This document shows positions 51,366-64,000 of a stretch of 64,000 nt of DNA, one piece after another. Source of the DNA: an uncultured delta proteobacterium (lineage in GTDB: Bacteria; Desulfobacterota; Binatia; UBA9968); contig CAVWLW010000054.1 of assembly GCA_963755715.1 (NCBI GenBank), forward strand, positions 128,001 to 192,000, given 5' to 3'. A model generated the notes under the pieces. The model did no database searches. It was not told where the DNA came from and was given only the letters and a program-made list of their open reading frames with translations. Each line of letters begins with the position of its first letter. The stretch's first letter is position 1. The translations under genes were made by a program, and so were the position numbers.

Positions 51366-52499
51366 ATGATCAAGTTTCTTAAAGGTCGTCCGACGCACTG
51401 CCGCATCGACCACGCCGCGGTTCGCTGGAATCTGCGCCAAATTAAGAAAACCATCGGACCGCGCGTAAAAATTCTCTCGATGGTTAAGGCCAATGCTTAC
51501 GGGCATGGAGCGGTCGAAGTCGCGCGAACTCTAGCCAAGTCGGGAAGCGATGCTTTTGGCGTCGCCACCGTTGAGGAAGGCATCGAACTCCGACGCGCCC
51601 AGATCACCCAACCGATTCTAGTGCTGGCCGGTGTCTATCTCGGACAAGTCGATCAGTTTTTGCGAAACAGGTTGACGCCAGTCATTCATGAAGCGGCAAC
51701 GCTGAGAGCATTGGACCAAGCGTTACGAGCACGCAATGCCAAGCTCAAGATCCAACTTGAGATCGACACTGGCATGGGCCGGATCGGCTTTCCTACTTCT
51801 GAGATTGACGCCTGGCTGCCGCTGGTTAGCCAACTCAAAGCCTTGACGGTGGATGGCGTATTCTCCCATTTTTCCGATGCTGAATCCGCCAACGAAAAAT
51901 ACACTCAGAGACAGCTGGCGCAATTTCACCAAGTGCTCAGTCGTCTTAAGAGCACGAAAATTTTTCCTGCCGCCAGCCACATGGCAAAGAGCGCCGCGTT
52001 GGTCACAATTCCGGCATCCCATCTCACGATGGTGCGGCCGGGACTTATTCTTTACGGCATGTATCCAGCGCCCCAGATGAAAAAGCAAATCGCGCTTAAA
52101 CCGGTGCTGAGCTGGCGCACTCGAATCATTCAGTTAAAACGCTCTCCCGCCAGAACGTACATCGGTTACGGCCGCACCTTCGTTACTAAGAGAAATAGCC
52201 TGATAGCGACCTTGCCGGTCGGTTACGCCGACGGTTACCGACGGCTTTTGTCGAATCATGCTGTGGTTCTCGTGCGCGGCAAACGTGCGCCGGTGGTGGG
52301 TCGAGTGAGCATGGATTTGACTACCGTCGATGTTACCGATATACGAAAAGTACAACAGGGAGATGAGGTTGTTCTCCTCGGTCGTCAAGGCGCCGCGGAA
52401 ATTTCCGCCGACGAAATGGCCGCCTGGGCAAACACAATCTCTTACGAGATCTTTACTTCCATCGGCGCTCGAGTTCCCCGCACTCACATCAATTTTTAG
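51366..52499 (+). CDS. alr: Alanine racemase
   Basis: MVKANAYGHG, DTGMGRIG, VRPGL.LYG, GYADG, GRVSMD. Confidence 0.96.
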   Translation: MIKFLKGRPTHCRIDHAAVRWNLRQIKKTIGPRVKILSMVKANAYGHGAVEVARTLAKSGSDAFGVATVEEGIELRRAQITQPILVLAGVYLGQVDQFLRNRLTPVIHEAATLRALDQALRARNAKLKIQLEIDTGMGRIGFPTSEIDAWLPLVSQLKALTVDGVFSHFSDAESANEKYTQRQLAQFHQVLSRLKSTKIFPAASHMAKSAALVTIPASHLTMVRPGLILYGMYPAPQMKKQIALKPVLSWRTRIIQLKRSPARTYIGYGRTFVTKRNSLIATLPVGYADGYRRLLSNHAVVLVRGKRAPVVGRVSMDLTTVDVTDIRKVQQGDEVVLLGRQGAAEISADEMAAWANTISYEIFTSIGARVPRTHINF

Positions 52500-52513
52500 G
52501 AGGAATACCGGCA

Positions 52514-54088
<1,575 letters not shown>

Positions 54089-54099
54089 CCAGTTTTTGG

Positions 54100-54146
54100 T
54101 CGAGGATCGACGATCGCGATCCTCCATCTTCCATCCTCGATCTTCG
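54100..54146. repeat. Intergenic heptamer repeat array with inverted arrangement
   Basis: CGAGGAT CGACGAT ... CTCCATC TTCCATC CTCGATC. Confidence 0.55.
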
Positions 54147-54153
54147 AAAACTT

Positions 54154-55428
54154 ATGAGAATTCTCGTCATCGGCAGCGGCGGACGCGAGCACGCCCTGGT
54201 TTGGAAAATCCGCCAAAGCCCGCGTGTGACAAAAATTTACTGCGCGCCCGGCAGCGCGGCGATCGGCGAGCTCGCCGAGCCTGTGGCAATCCAACCCGAG
54301 CAAATCGAACAGCTCGCCGATTTCGCGACCAAAGAAAAAATCGATCTCACCGTCGTTGGACCGGAGCTGCCGCTGACCCTAGGCATCGCCGATCTGTTCG
54401 AGTCACGCGGCCTGAGAATATTCGGACCAAACAAAGCCGCCGCGCAGCTGGAAGGCAGCAAAGCTTTCGCCAAAGAAATGCTTCAGGAAAATAATATTCC
54501 GACGGCTTCTTCGGGAACATTCACCGAGGCAATTTCCGCGTTTCAGTATCTCGCGCAACAAAGAGCGCCCTACGTCATCAAGGCCGACGGTCTTGCCGGC
54601 GGCAAAGGCGTGATTATTTGCCAGAGTCTCGCCGAAGCGCAAAGCGCCGTCGAAGAGATCCTCGTGCGCAAGGCCTTTGGCAAAGCCGGCGACAAAGTTG
54701 TCATCGAAGAGTTTTTGGACGGCGAGGAAGCTTCGTTTATGGCGTTGACCGACGGCGCGCATATTCTCCCACTGGCATCGTCGCAAGATCACAAGCGTGT
54801 CTTCGACGGCGATCAAGGTCCCAACACCGGCGGCATGGGCGCCTACTCTCCAGCGCCGGTCGTGACAGCGGCGCTGCACGAGAGAATCCTGCACGAAATC
54901 CTCACGCCTTTGCTCGCCGGCCTGAAGAAAAAAAACATCGACTACCGCGGCGTGATCTATGTCGGTTTGATGATTACCGAAGCTGGACCCAAGGTTTTGG
55001 AATTTAATGCGCGCTTCGGCGACCCGGAGTGTCAGCCGATCATGATGCGGCTAGAAAGCGATCTGCTTCCGTTGCTGGAAGCGGCCATCGACGGTAAATT
55101 GGCGACGATTCAATGCGAATGGTCCAACGAGCCGGCGGTTTGTGTCGTCCTAGCCGCGGACGGCTATCCAGGCTCTTACGGCAAAGGCAAAGAAATTCAC
55201 GGGCTGGAGAAATTAAAAACCTGGCAAAAAGGTTTTGTGTTTCATGCCGGCACGGTCAAAGACAACGGCCGTTGGCTTACTTCCGGTGGACGGGTTTTAG
55301 GTGTGACTGCCCGTGGCCTAAACATTGCGGAAGCGGTTAATGAGGTTTATCGAGCGGTGCATGAAATTTCCTGGGAAGGCATGCACTACCGCAAGGACAT
55401 CGCCCAACGGGCGTTGAAGACGGAATAA
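54154..55428 (+). CDS. purD: Phosphoribosylamine--glycine ligase
   Basis: GSGGREHAL, KADGLAGGKGV, GPNTGGMGAY, EFNARFGDPE. Confidence 0.97.
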   Translation: MRILVIGSGGREHALVWKIRQSPRVTKIYCAPGSAAIGELAEPVAIQPEQIEQLADFATKEKIDLTVVGPELPLTLGIADLFESRGLRIFGPNKAAAQLEGSKAFAKEMLQENNIPTASSGTFTEAISAFQYLAQQRAPYVIKADGLAGGKGVIICQSLAEAQSAVEEILVRKAFGKAGDKVVIEEFLDGEEASFMALTDGAHILPLASSQDHKRVFDGDQGPNTGGMGAYSPAPVVTAALHERILHEILTPLLAGLKKKNIDYRGVIYVGLMITEAGPKVLEFNARFGDPECQPIMMRLESDLLPLLEAAIDGKLATIQCEWSNEPAVCVVLAADGYPGSYGKGKEIHGLEKLKTWQKGFVFHAGTVKDNGRWLTSGGRVLGVTARGLNIAEAVNEVYRAVHEISWEGMHYRKDIAQRALKTE

Positions 55429-55445
55429 CTTCGGAGGAATTTATC

Positions 55446-55961
55446 GTGGCAGACAAAAAAGCCAAAGTCGGCATTTTGATGGGCAGCGATTCAGATCTCG
55501 AAGTGATGCGCGAGGCGGAAAAACGACTCGATTCTTTCGGTATCGGTTATGAAACCCGGATCATGTCGGCGCATCGCACGCCGGATAAGGCGGCAGAGTA
55601 CGCCGCGACCGCAGAGCAGCGCGGCTTGGAAGTGATTATCTGCGGCGCCGGCGCTGCGGCGCACCTGGCCGGCGCAATCGCCGCGAACACGACCTTGCCC
55701 GTGATTGGAATTCCGATCGATTCTTCAAGCCTCAAAGGTCTGGATGCGCTGCTGGCGACGGTGCAAATGCCCGCGGGTATTCCCGTGGCGACAATGGCGA
55801 TCGGCAAAGCTGGCGCTGCCAACGCGGGCATCTTCGCCGCGCAGATCGTCGGGCGCAAGGATTCCGAAGTCGCCGCCAAGCTTGCCCAAGCGAAAAAGGA
55901 GATGGCCGCCGGTGTCGAAGAGCGCGACCGCAAGCTCCAGAGTGAAAGAAAGAAAAGCTGA
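55446..55961 (+). CDS. purE: N5-CAIR mutase
   Basis: MGSDSD, SAHRTP, AAHLAG, VQMPAGIPVAT. Confidence 0.96.
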   Translation: MADKKAKVGILMGSDSDLEVMREAEKRLDSFGIGYETRIMSAHRTPDKAAEYAATAEQRGLEVIICGAGAAAHLAGAIAANTTLPVIGIPIDSSSLKGLDALLATVQMPAGIPVATMAIGKAGAANAGIFAAQIVGRKDSEVAAKLAQAKKEMAAGVEERDRKLQSERKKS

Positions 55962-56568
55962 AACACTTTTAGCCGCTGTCGCCGCGCTCCAGCGTGGCGA
56001 CGTGATCGTTTTTCCCACCGAAACGCTTTATGGCTTGGGCGCAGACGCGCTCGACTCCGCCGCGGTTGATAAAGTCTTTCGACTCAAAGATCGGGATTCG
56101 GTCAATCCGATCCCCGTGCTTGTCAGCGACCAAGCCATGCTGCGCATTCTGGTAGCCGAAGTCCCGGCACTTGCACAACGATTGATAGAGCGGTTCTGGC
56201 CCGGGCCGTTAACATTGGTGTTGCCCGCGCGCGCGGAAGTGCCGCAGCCGCTTTTGAATTCGACCGGCGGGGTCGGCGTGCGCATTTCCAGTCAACCGAT
56301 CGCCACGAAGCTCGTCAAATCCCTCGGCCGTCCGCTCACCGCGACCAGCGCGAATCCATCCGGCCACGCTTCGGCGCATACCGTCGAGGAAGCAAAAAAT
56401 TATTTTGCCGGCCGGGTCGAGATCTTTGTCGACGGCGGCGTGCTCACTTCGAAAACCGGCTCCTCCGTCGTCGAAGTTATCGGCGATACGGTCCGCATCC
56501 TACGCGACGGTGAGATCGGCAGGAGAGAATTGCAAACCTGCGCCGGACGAGGCAGAGTCGTGCCATGA
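55942..56568 (+). CDS. tsaC: L-threonylcarbamoyladenylate synthase (Sua5/YrdC)
   Basis: FPTETLYGLG, FWPGPLTLV, TSANPSG. Confidence 0.92.
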   Translation: MKERKAETLLAAVAALQRGDVIVFPTETLYGLGADALDSAAVDKVFRLKDRDSVNPIPVLVSDQAMLRILVAEVPALAQRLIERFWPGPLTLVLPARAEVPQPLLNSTGGVGVRISSQPIATKLVKSLGRPLTATSANPSGHASAHTVEEAKNYFAGRVEIFVDGGVLTSKTGSSVVEVIGDTVRILRDGEIGRRELQTCAGRGRVVP

Positions 56569-56777
56569 AACCAACTATGTCGATTCTTTTGCTGCTCGCC
56601 CTTGTATTGTATTACGGCTGCGAATCGAAATCCGACACGGTGAGTCAAGGCCGAGAAGCCGTCAAAGAGGTTGTCACGCAGCCTTTCAATACTTTGGACA
56701 GCGCGAAGGATTCGCTCAAGCAGAGTGAGGAAAAGGCCAAGGCCGCGCTGGAGCAAGCCGATAAGGAATCCCAATAG
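56565..56777 (+). CDS. Small putative lipoprotein
   Basis: Hydrophobic signal with YGC lipobox-like site; ATGA coupling to tsaC. Confidence 0.65.
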   Translation: MKPTMSILLLLALVLYYGCESKSDTVSQGREAVKEVVTQPFNTLDSAKDSLKQSEEKAKAALEQADKESQ

Positions 56778-56802
56778 CGCTGCAACGGACCCACTATCGG
56801 CC

Positions 56803-57342
56803 TCACGAGCGAGACGCCGATTTGATAATCCTTGCGATTTCTTTCCCGTCCTCGCCATCATAGTAGTTGACGTTCTGGTCTTTTATATAGAGCGCGCGAA
56901 GACCTACTTGCGGTCCGGTCGCCGCCGTGCCATAGGCGCCAACTTTATTGGAGTCGGGATATTCGCAGAGATCGGGAAAATCCATCGTGCTTACCACCAG
57001 GTAACGAAGCTCGTCCGCGCCTGTGTTAATCAGCTGGTGCGGATATTCAGCACCGACCGGGCAAGCGACGATCGTCCCTGGCACGACGGTAAGTTCCTCT
57101 TTGCCGAATCGCAAAACGCCCTCGCCTTCGATGACGTAAATCATCTCCTCGTTGCCGGTATGCGTATGCAAAGGGAAAGCGGCTTTACCCGGCGGCACGT
57201 AGAAAAAACTGTATCCCAATTTTTGCGCGCCGGTGTGCGCGCCGACCCGCCGGCGCGTGCCGCCGAACACCGAGCCGTCCGGCGCATTGATCTTCTCAAA
57301 CGGAACTTCGGAAAGATTGATGATGTGTTTATGTTTCGCCAT
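56803..57342 (-). CDS. Cupin-domain protein
   Basis: VPPGKAAFPLHTHTGNEEMIYVIEGEG, HQLIN, YPDSNK. Confidence 0.88.
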   Translation of the reverse strand: MAKHKHIINLSEVPFEKINAPDGSVFGGTRRRVGAHTGAQKLGYSFFYVPPGKAAFPLHTHTGNEEMIYVIEGEGVLRFGKEELTVVPGTIVACPVGAEYPHQLINTGADELRYLVVSTMDFPDLCEYPDSNKVGAYGTAATGPQVGLRALYIKDQNVNYYDGEDGKEIARIIKSASRS

Positions 57343-57400
57343 GGCTCCTCCTCGTCGTAACACGTGTGAATCCTCACGTTCTGTGCTATCTGAATGAATC

Positions 57401-58378
57401 ATGCTGGTGCTTTCGGAGCAACAAGTTCAGAGCCTCATCGATATCGACGAACTCATCGACGCCTTGGCACAAGCGCACGTCCAGTACTCCACGGGCAAGG
57501 CCGTTATGCCAGTGCGTTTGGTCGTGCCGCTACCGCAGATTCAAGGACGCATCACCAGCATGCCCGGCTTTCTGACTGAAGATAAAGCCCTCGGCATGAA
57601 GGTTGTGACCTATTTTCAGGACAATCCCAAAAATAACCTGCCGGCAATTCTCGCAACTATCATGCTGTTCAGCGCCGAGACTGGCAAGATCATCGCGACC
57701 CTGGACGGCAGCTACATCACAGCGATTCGCACCGCTTGTGCTTCGGCTATGGCAACCAAAGCTTTGGCCAACCCGCAAAACGGAGTGCTAGGAATTTTGG
57801 GCGCAGGCGTCCAGGCACGGACGCATATCCAAGCGCTGACCCGTGTGCGCAAGATCGAAAAGATCAAGCTCTACAGTCCATCCGGCGCCAGTGCGGCGGC
57901 CGTCAAGAAAGAAATGGAATCGCAAGTTAAGTGCGCTATCGACGTCGCTAACAGCGCCGAGGAAGCCGTCCGCGGCGCCGATCTCGTCGTCACCGCGACA
58001 ACTGCCAAAGAACCGATCCTAAGATCCGCATGGCTCAAGCCCGGCGTGCACATCAACGCCGTCGGCTCGCACCGGCCGGATCTACGTGAAATCGACGGCG
58101 CGACTCTGGCACGCGCGAAAATTATCGTCGATTCCCGGGATGCGATTATGGCCGAATGCGGCGACATCCTGCTGGCGCTAAAAGAGAAAAGCATTGCCGA
58201 GAATGCCATCCACGCCGAGATCGGCGAAGTGCTCGCCAAGGTTAAGCCCGGACGAACTGACCAGGATGAAATCACGCTCTACAAGTCGGTCGGTATTGCG
58301 ATCCAAGACGTCGCCGCGGCCAATCTGGTTTATCGCAAAGCACTCGATAAAGGCGTGGGTACAACGGTCGAACTTTAA
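57401..58378 (+). CDS. Ornithine cyclodeaminase / mu-crystallin family protein
   Basis: ITAIRTA, ILGAGVQA, HINAVGS, YKSVGIAIQD. Confidence 0.9.
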   Translation: MLVLSEQQVQSLIDIDELIDALAQAHVQYSTGKAVMPVRLVVPLPQIQGRITSMPGFLTEDKALGMKVVTYFQDNPKNNLPAILATIMLFSAETGKIIATLDGSYITAIRTACASAMATKALANPQNGVLGILGAGVQARTHIQALTRVRKIEKIKLYSPSGASAAAVKKEMESQVKCAIDVANSAEEAVRGADLVVTATTAKEPILRSAWLKPGVHINAVGSHRPDLREIDGATLARAKIIVDSRDAIMAECGDILLALKEKSIAENAIHAEIGEVLAKVKPGRTDQDEITLYKSVGIAIQDVAAANLVYRKALDKGVGTTVEL

Positions 58379-58407
58379 TTTAACCCGAGACGCTAAATTT
58401 TAAGAAC

Positions 58408-60213
58408 ATGCCCTGGGATCTCACGAGTTACTTTCCGGCCTTCAACGGCCCGGAGATGCTTCAGTTCAAAGCAGCAATCCACAAGGATATTGCCGCGCTG
58501 CGGCAACGCGCCGCCGGCCTTGCGACTTTGAACGATGAATCAGCTTCAGCTTGGGAAGCTATTTTGCTCGATAGCGAAGATCTATCGCGGCGCATGTCGC
58601 ACCTGAATTCTTACGTCAGTTGCCTCGCTTCCTCCGATGCCCATAACGAAGCTTACCGGAACGAAGAAGCGGAGCTCACGCGCAGCCGCGCCGAGCTTGC
58701 CAAGGTTCGCATCGAGCTGTTGCGCGCGTTAAAAAATATCCCGGAGCAGACGTTTGCCGATTTTCTGAAAAAGCCGTCGCTCAGCGACGCTCGGAACTAT
58801 TTAAATCGGCTGCGCGAGGAAGCGGGCCGCGCCATGTCCAGCGACAAGGAAGCACTGGCGACCGATCTCGGCATCGACGGCATTCAGGCCTGGGGCCAGC
58901 TGTACGACACGGTGTCGTCGAAACTAGAGTTCGACATGGTTTTCCCGGACGGTACGCGCAAAACAATTACCGATGTCGCAACGCCGCTCGCTAATGGATA
59001 ATCCCGACCGGCGCGTGCGCAAAGCCGCCTTCGACGGCGGCAACGCGGCGTGGCAAACGATCGAGGATGCGGCGGCGAGCGCGCTCAACGCCATCGCCGG
59101 GACTCGATTGACGCTCAATCGCCACCGCGGCGTCAACCACTTCCTCGATATCGCGTTATTCCAAGCCGCAATTACGCGTCAGACGCTCGACGCCATGTTT
59201 GAAGCGCTTATACGCGAACTTGGAAATTCCCCGGCGTATTCTTCGCTTCAAGGCAGGACTGATGGGGCGGCAGTCGCTGAGTTGGTACGATCTCGGCGCG
59301 CCGCTGGATTTGCCCAATGCCGAGAAGCTTTCCTGGGAAAAGGCCAAGTCCATGGTCGGCGCATCGTTCAGCCGCGCCTATCCCGCTCTCGGCGATTTTT
59401 TTCAAGGACAAGTGATCGCCAAAAACTGGGTCGACTGGGAGCCGCGCGCGGGAAAGAGACCCGGTGGTTTTTGCACCAGCTCGATGCTGAGCAAGGAATC
59501 GCGAATCTTCATGACCTATAACGAATCGCTGGGCGACGTGCTCACCTTGGCTCATGAGTCGGGCCACGCCTATCACGGCTTTCTGATGCGCGACCTGCGT
59601 CCTTTCGCGCGCGGCTATCCGATGACTTTGGCTGAAACCGCTTCGACCTTCGGCGAGCAAGTGCTGATGAACGGTTGCCTCGACGATCCGACCCTAACCG
59701 ACCAGCAAAAAGCGCTCATGCTCGACGTCGAGGTCGGTCACGGCGCCATCTATCTTTTGGACATTCCCGTGCGCTACGAATTTGAAAAAGCCTTCTACGA
59801 GGAGCGCGCAAAAAATCCCGTGAGCGTTTCACGCCTCAAACAATTGATGATCGACAGCCCAACGGCGCGTGCTCGGCGACACTTTGGAATCAGGCGGAGA
59901 AGATCCTTACTTCTGGGCTTCCAAGCTGCATTTCTATATCACGGGTCTTACTTTTTATAATTTTCCTTACACCTTCGGCTATCTTCTGAGCCGCGGCCTT
60001 TACGCCCTGTTCAAAAAGCAGGGAGCGAGTTTCCTAACGAAATACGAAGAATTTCTCCGCCTTGCCGGCAGCGATACGGCGGAGAACGTCGTCAAGCGAG
60101 CGGTCGGCGAGGACATCGAACAAGTGACTTTCTGGACTGAGGCGATTCGAAGCTTAGAAGAACCGTTGAATCGTTTGCAGGCCCTCGCACCGAAGGTTTT
60201 ACCTGGCAGCTAA
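58408..60213 (+). CDS. pepF: Oligoendopeptidase F (M3B), three +1 frameshifts
   Basis: WDL, KRPGGFC, TLAHESGH, LAETASTFGE, FYNFPYTFGYL spread across four ORF pieces. Confidence 0.88.
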
Positions 60214-60261
60214 CGGCATCATCTCAACTCGAAACCAGGAACCGTAAACTAGAGACTCCGC

Positions 60262-61513
60262 CTACCCCATTCCTTCGATCAGCGCCGTGCGCACGAAGAT
60301 CGATGGCATTGAGCGTCATGCGCGAGCGGTCGTAAGCGCCGCGCCCGGCGCTGGTGCCCTCGCGTTGCAGGAATCGCCTGCCGTCTGTGAGCGAGACATA
60401 AGTCTGGCCGCTCGCGAGATTTTGCAGCTTGCTGTTAGGGTCGGCGATGGCGTGCAACGCCAGGCCTAAATTGCAGCCGGATTGTTCGCGCGCAGCCCAG
60501 GCCAACTCATTGGTCAATTCGACCGGATCCTTTAGCAACGAGTCGACCTTCTGCGGATCGCGCGCATGCTTCAGCAAGGTGCGCACGGCCGCTTCGTTGT
60601 TGCAGATGAAGCCGGCGCCGAAGTGTTCCGTGCTCGCTGTCTGCAGCCGCTCTGCCAACTGGCCGCCGGTTAAATCTTCACACGTGGCCACGGTCTTATT
60701 CTGCTCGCGCAACAACCGGCCGACCACCTGCTCCATGTTCTCGTCGTCCGCCGCAAATATCGCGTTGCCCAACAGGCCGCGCACTTCCGCCTCCACTGGA
60801 GCGATCATTTTCATCGCCTCGTCTCGATTGGCAGCCTTGGCGGCGATGCGCACGTCGACCTGGCCGGGCAGGGCTAGAACTCCGACCGTGGGATTGCTCG
60901 AGTTGGCGATCAAATGACCGACCTTGTCGTCGACGGCGCTCTCGCCGATGCCGACGATCTTGAGCACCCGATAGTGAATCACTTCCGCCAGGTTGAACTT
61001 CTTGCGCAAATAAGGCTCGACCTCGTTTTCGAACAGCCACTTCATTTCCACGGGCACGCCGGGAAGACAGTAAATCACGCCGCGCGGCCCTTCGACGATG
61101 AAACAGGGCGCCGTACCGTTGGGGTTTTTGATCGGAATCGCTCCTTCCGGCATATAAGATTGTCTAATGTTGTTCGGCGTCATTGTCCGACCGCGGCGGC
61201 GAAAGTGTTCTTCGACTTGGGCCAACATTCCCGGATCTTGCACCAACTTGCGGTCGGTCACTTCGGCAACGATCTCGCGGGTGAGATCATCCTGCGTCGG
61301 ACCGACGCCACCGCTGGTGATGACGATATCGGCGCGTTCCAACGCGCGCGCAATCACTTCCTTCATGCGTCCGGGATTGTCGCCGACGACGGACTTGAAG
61401 TACAGATTCACGCCCAGCGCCGTCAGCCGCTGCGCCATCCAAGCCGAGTTGGTATCGACGATCTGTCCGAGCAGGAGCTCGGAGCCGATTGCCACGATCT
61501 CTGCAGTAGCCAT
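60262..61513 (-). CDS. cinA: CinA-family protein (molybdopterin-binding-like + degenerate PncC domain)
   Basis: AEIVAIGSELLLGQIVDTN, GGVGPTQDDLT, GTAP, LPGVP. Likely +1 error near 60298; as read, the ORF ends at 60224. Confidence 0.88.
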
Positions 61514-61627
61514 AAAAAGATTCTCCTCGATCCAACCAAAATTTATACCGCAGCCCGAGCGCGAGACACAAGTCGAGACGGTCGCGCCGCGCTTGTCCGC
61601 ATCGCCGTTCTTTGCCAGAATGCGCCC

Positions 61628-62377
61628 ATGATCATCCTGCTTTGCAATGACGATGGCATCTATTCCGAAGGGCTCACCGCCGTCGAGGCCGCTCTGCGCG
61701 AGGTCGGCGAGATTTATACGGTGGCGCCGGATCGAGCGCAAAGCTCCATGAGCCATGCCCTGACCCTACATCGCCCGCTGCGCGTGCAAGAACTGGCGCC
61801 GCGGCGCCTGGCAGTGGACGGCACCCCCGTCGATTGCGTGAAACTCTCACTGACCGGTCTCTTGCCGGTAAGACCTAATTTGGTGATTTCGGGGATCAAC
61901 AAGGGACCGAATCTCGGCGATGATATCATTTATTCCGGCACCGTTTCAGCCGCTATCGAAGGCGCGCTGCTGGGTATTCCGGCGATCGCTGTTTCCCTCG
62001 TAACGTTTAAGGATTTTGATTTCCGCGCCGCGGCGGAATTCACCGCCGAACTGGTCGAGCGCATCGCCGAGCGCGGCATTCCGGCAAAAACGCTGCTCAA
62101 CGTCAACGTTCCGCCCGGCTTAAAAAATAATCTCAAAGGCTGGCGCGCGACGCGCATGGGCAAGCGCCATTACAGCGAAACGATCGTCGAGCGAGTCGAT
62201 CCGCGCGGCGGCAAATATTACTGGATTGGCGGCGACGATCTGGGATTCGCCGACGAGGAAGGAACGGACTGCAAAGCGGTGAGCGAAGGCTATATTTCAG
62301 TGACGCCGTTGCAGGTCGACTTGACCGATTACAAGTTATTACAGAACAGCACCCTGCCGAAATTTTCCTGGCCATAA
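61628..62377 (+). CDS. surE: 5'/3'-nucleotidase SurE
   Basis: LLCNDDG, GTPVDCV, SGINKGPNLG, YSGTVSAA. Confidence 0.95.
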   Translation: MIILLCNDDGIYSEGLTAVEAALREVGEIYTVAPDRAQSSMSHALTLHRPLRVQELAPRRLAVDGTPVDCVKLSLTGLLPVRPNLVISGINKGPNLGDDIIYSGTVSAAIEGALLGIPAIAVSLVTFKDFDFRAAAEFTAELVERIAERGIPAKTLLNVNVPPGLKNNLKGWRATRMGKRHYSETIVERVDPRGGKYYWIGGDDLGFADEEGTDCKAVSEGYISVTPLQVDLTDYKLLQNSTLPKFSWP

Positions 62378-62399
62378 ATTTCTGCGCGTAGCAGTTTCC

Positions 62400-62807
62400 A
62401 TGGACGGCGACAAAAATCGTGATGCGGACGTCAGAGTCGACAAATGGCTCTGGGCCGCGCGCTTTTTCAAGACGCGATCCCTGGCGGCCGAGGCCGTGAG
62501 CGGCGGTAAGATTGAAATCAACGGCGAGCGAGTGAAGCCAAGCCGTGTAGTCCGCATCGGCGACAAGGTCGGCATCCGACGCGGCCCGTACGAGTGGACA
62601 ATTATCGTCAAAGCCACGGCGCGGCTGCGCGGCCCCGTGGCTCAAGCACAACAACTCTACGAAGAAACCGAAGCAAGCCGGCGCAAACGCGAAGCCGCGA
62701 TTGCGCAACTAAGGCTCGAGCGGCCGCCAGAGCTCGACATCCCTGGTCGGCCATCGAAGAAAGATCGGCGCTCCATCCAACGTTTTACGAAACGAGGCTG
62801 GTCTTAG
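62400..62807 (+). CDS. hslR: Ribosome-associated heat shock protein Hsp15 (S4 domain)
   Basis: RVDKWLWAARFFKTRS, GRPSKKDRR. Confidence 0.93.
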   Translation: MDGDKNRDADVRVDKWLWAARFFKTRSLAAEAVSGGKIEINGERVKPSRVVRIGDKVGIRRGPYEWTIIVKATARLRGPVAQAQQLYEETEASRRKREAAIAQLRLERPPELDIPGRPSKKDRRSIQRFTKRGWS

Positions 62808-62888
62808 CGCCCGCGCGTGATTTCAATTCGCATTGATTTAAAAGGGTGGAGTGATAAGGCACTAGCACTTCAATTAACGAGGGCTTGG

Positions 62889-63947
62889 ATGATGCAAAAA
62901 CTTCCCGTCGCCGTAGGTACCATTATCATCGCCTTGCTGGTCTGGGCGCCGCTTTTCGCCCAGTCCGCGCCTTACTTCCAAGGCAAAACCATTTTGCTGA
63001 TCCAGGGGCGCGAGCCCGGCGGCACCGGCGCGCTGCGCGTCCAGGCGGCGATTCCGTTTCTCAAAAAATACCTGCCGGGTGAGCCGATCATCGTCACCCA
63101 GTTTATGCCGGGCGGCGGCGGCCGAAAGGCGACGAATTACGTTTATCGCAACGCCAAACCCGATGGTCTCACCCTCGGCAACGTAGGTTCGGGGTTGGTC
63201 GCCAACGCCGTGCTCGGTTCGATCGGCGTCGAGTATGATATCGACAAGATGATTTATCTTGGCGCATCGAACAGCACGGCGCAGTACGTCTTCGGTTCCG
63301 TGGCCAAGCTGGGCCTGGACAGCTTGGAAAAATTGCGCGCTCGTCCAGGGGTTCGCGTCGGCGCGCAGACCGTCGGACACGACATCTATATCAACGGCAG
63401 GCTCTTTTCCTGGATACTCGGCCTTAAGGATCCGAAGTTTGTCACGGGCTATTCCGGGCCGGAGCTCGATCTCGCAATGGATCGGGGAGAGCTCGACGCG
63501 CGCGCGAATATTCCTGACACGGTCTTGCAGCGATCCGCCGACCACGTGGAGAAGCGGCTCATGAATTATCATGCGATCATTCAGATCCCTAAAGACGATC
63601 GCCATCCTCATCCGGCCTTTAACAGATTGCCGGAATTGGAAACTTTCGCGAAGAGCGATAGAGAACAAAAAATCATGACGATGTTTCGTACTTTTCGACT
63701 CGTTGGCTCGCCCTACATTTTGCCGCCCGGCACGCCGCCGGAGGCGATCCATCTCTGGCGCGAGGCGATGCGCAAAACTTTTAAAGACCCGGCGTTCTTA
63801 AAGGAATTCAAAAGGCTTTCCGCCGACGATGCCACGCCGCTCTTGCCCGAAGCGCAAGAAAAAGTGATCAAAGACATTCCGCGCGATTCTGACGTAATCG
63901 CGCTGTTCAACAAGATCGCCGGCAGCGAGCCCTTGCCGCCGCGCTAG
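62889..63947 (+). CDS. Tripartite tricarboxylate transporter substrate-binding protein (TctC/Bug-like)
   Basis: Signal peptide, YFQGKTI, MPGGGG, KPDGLTL, GYSG.E..LA..RGELD, PPGTP. Confidence 0.85.
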   Translation: MMQKLPVAVGTIIIALLVWAPLFAQSAPYFQGKTILLIQGREPGGTGALRVQAAIPFLKKYLPGEPIIVTQFMPGGGGRKATNYVYRNAKPDGLTLGNVGSGLVANAVLGSIGVEYDIDKMIYLGASNSTAQYVFGSVAKLGLDSLEKLRARPGVRVGAQTVGHDIYINGRLFSWILGLKDPKFVTGYSGPELDLAMDRGELDARANIPDTVLQRSADHVEKRLMNYHAIIQIPKDDRHPHPAFNRLPELETFAKSDREQKIMTMFRTFRLVGSPYILPPGTPPEAIHLWREAMRKTFKDPAFLKEFKRLSADDATPLLPEAQEKVIKDIPRDSDVIALFNKIAGSEPLPPR

Positions 63948-64000
63948 AACCTCGGAGCTTGCGGCGCAGCGCTCGTCGGAGAATCGCTCGGGCCGAACGG

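Noticed and set aside
58408-60213. Programmed frameshifting or true pseudogenisation of pepF, trpC and galU
   Set aside because: No slippery sites or accumulated stops; uniform +1 doubled-base pattern indicates read error.

Overview
Bacterial chromosomal window whose gene content resembles Candidatus Binatia / deltaproteobacterial lineages (inference only). Positions ~1-34,740 form a visibly lower-GC cell-surface glycan island. It holds glycosyltransferases and methyltransferases, a wzm/wzt ABC exporter, three secreted proteins ending in a near-identical 212-aa DUF4214-like module, and a tandemly duplicated ~540-bp leader with a sigma-54 promoter and a GEMM-I (c-di-GMP-I / c-AMP-GMP type) riboswitch. 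It also holds a GDP-heptose-based operon with a ColD-type dehydratase, TPP E1 alpha/beta subunits and a B12 radical SAM enzyme. Positions ~34,740-64,000 are housekeeping DNA: lptD, folC, trpABFCD, argS, tRNA-Ala with a recombinase remnant, galU, dksA, perR/rubrerythrin, alr, purHDE, tsaC, pepF, cinA, surE, hslR and a TctC-like protein. About twelve frameshifts can each be repaired by deleting one doubled base, so they are most likely sequencing errors. The best candidate for an undescribed system is a riboswitch/sigma-54-controlled surface-display cassette (different cargo plus a shared anchor module) embedded in a locus that appears to make an unusual branched or methylated sugar polymer.
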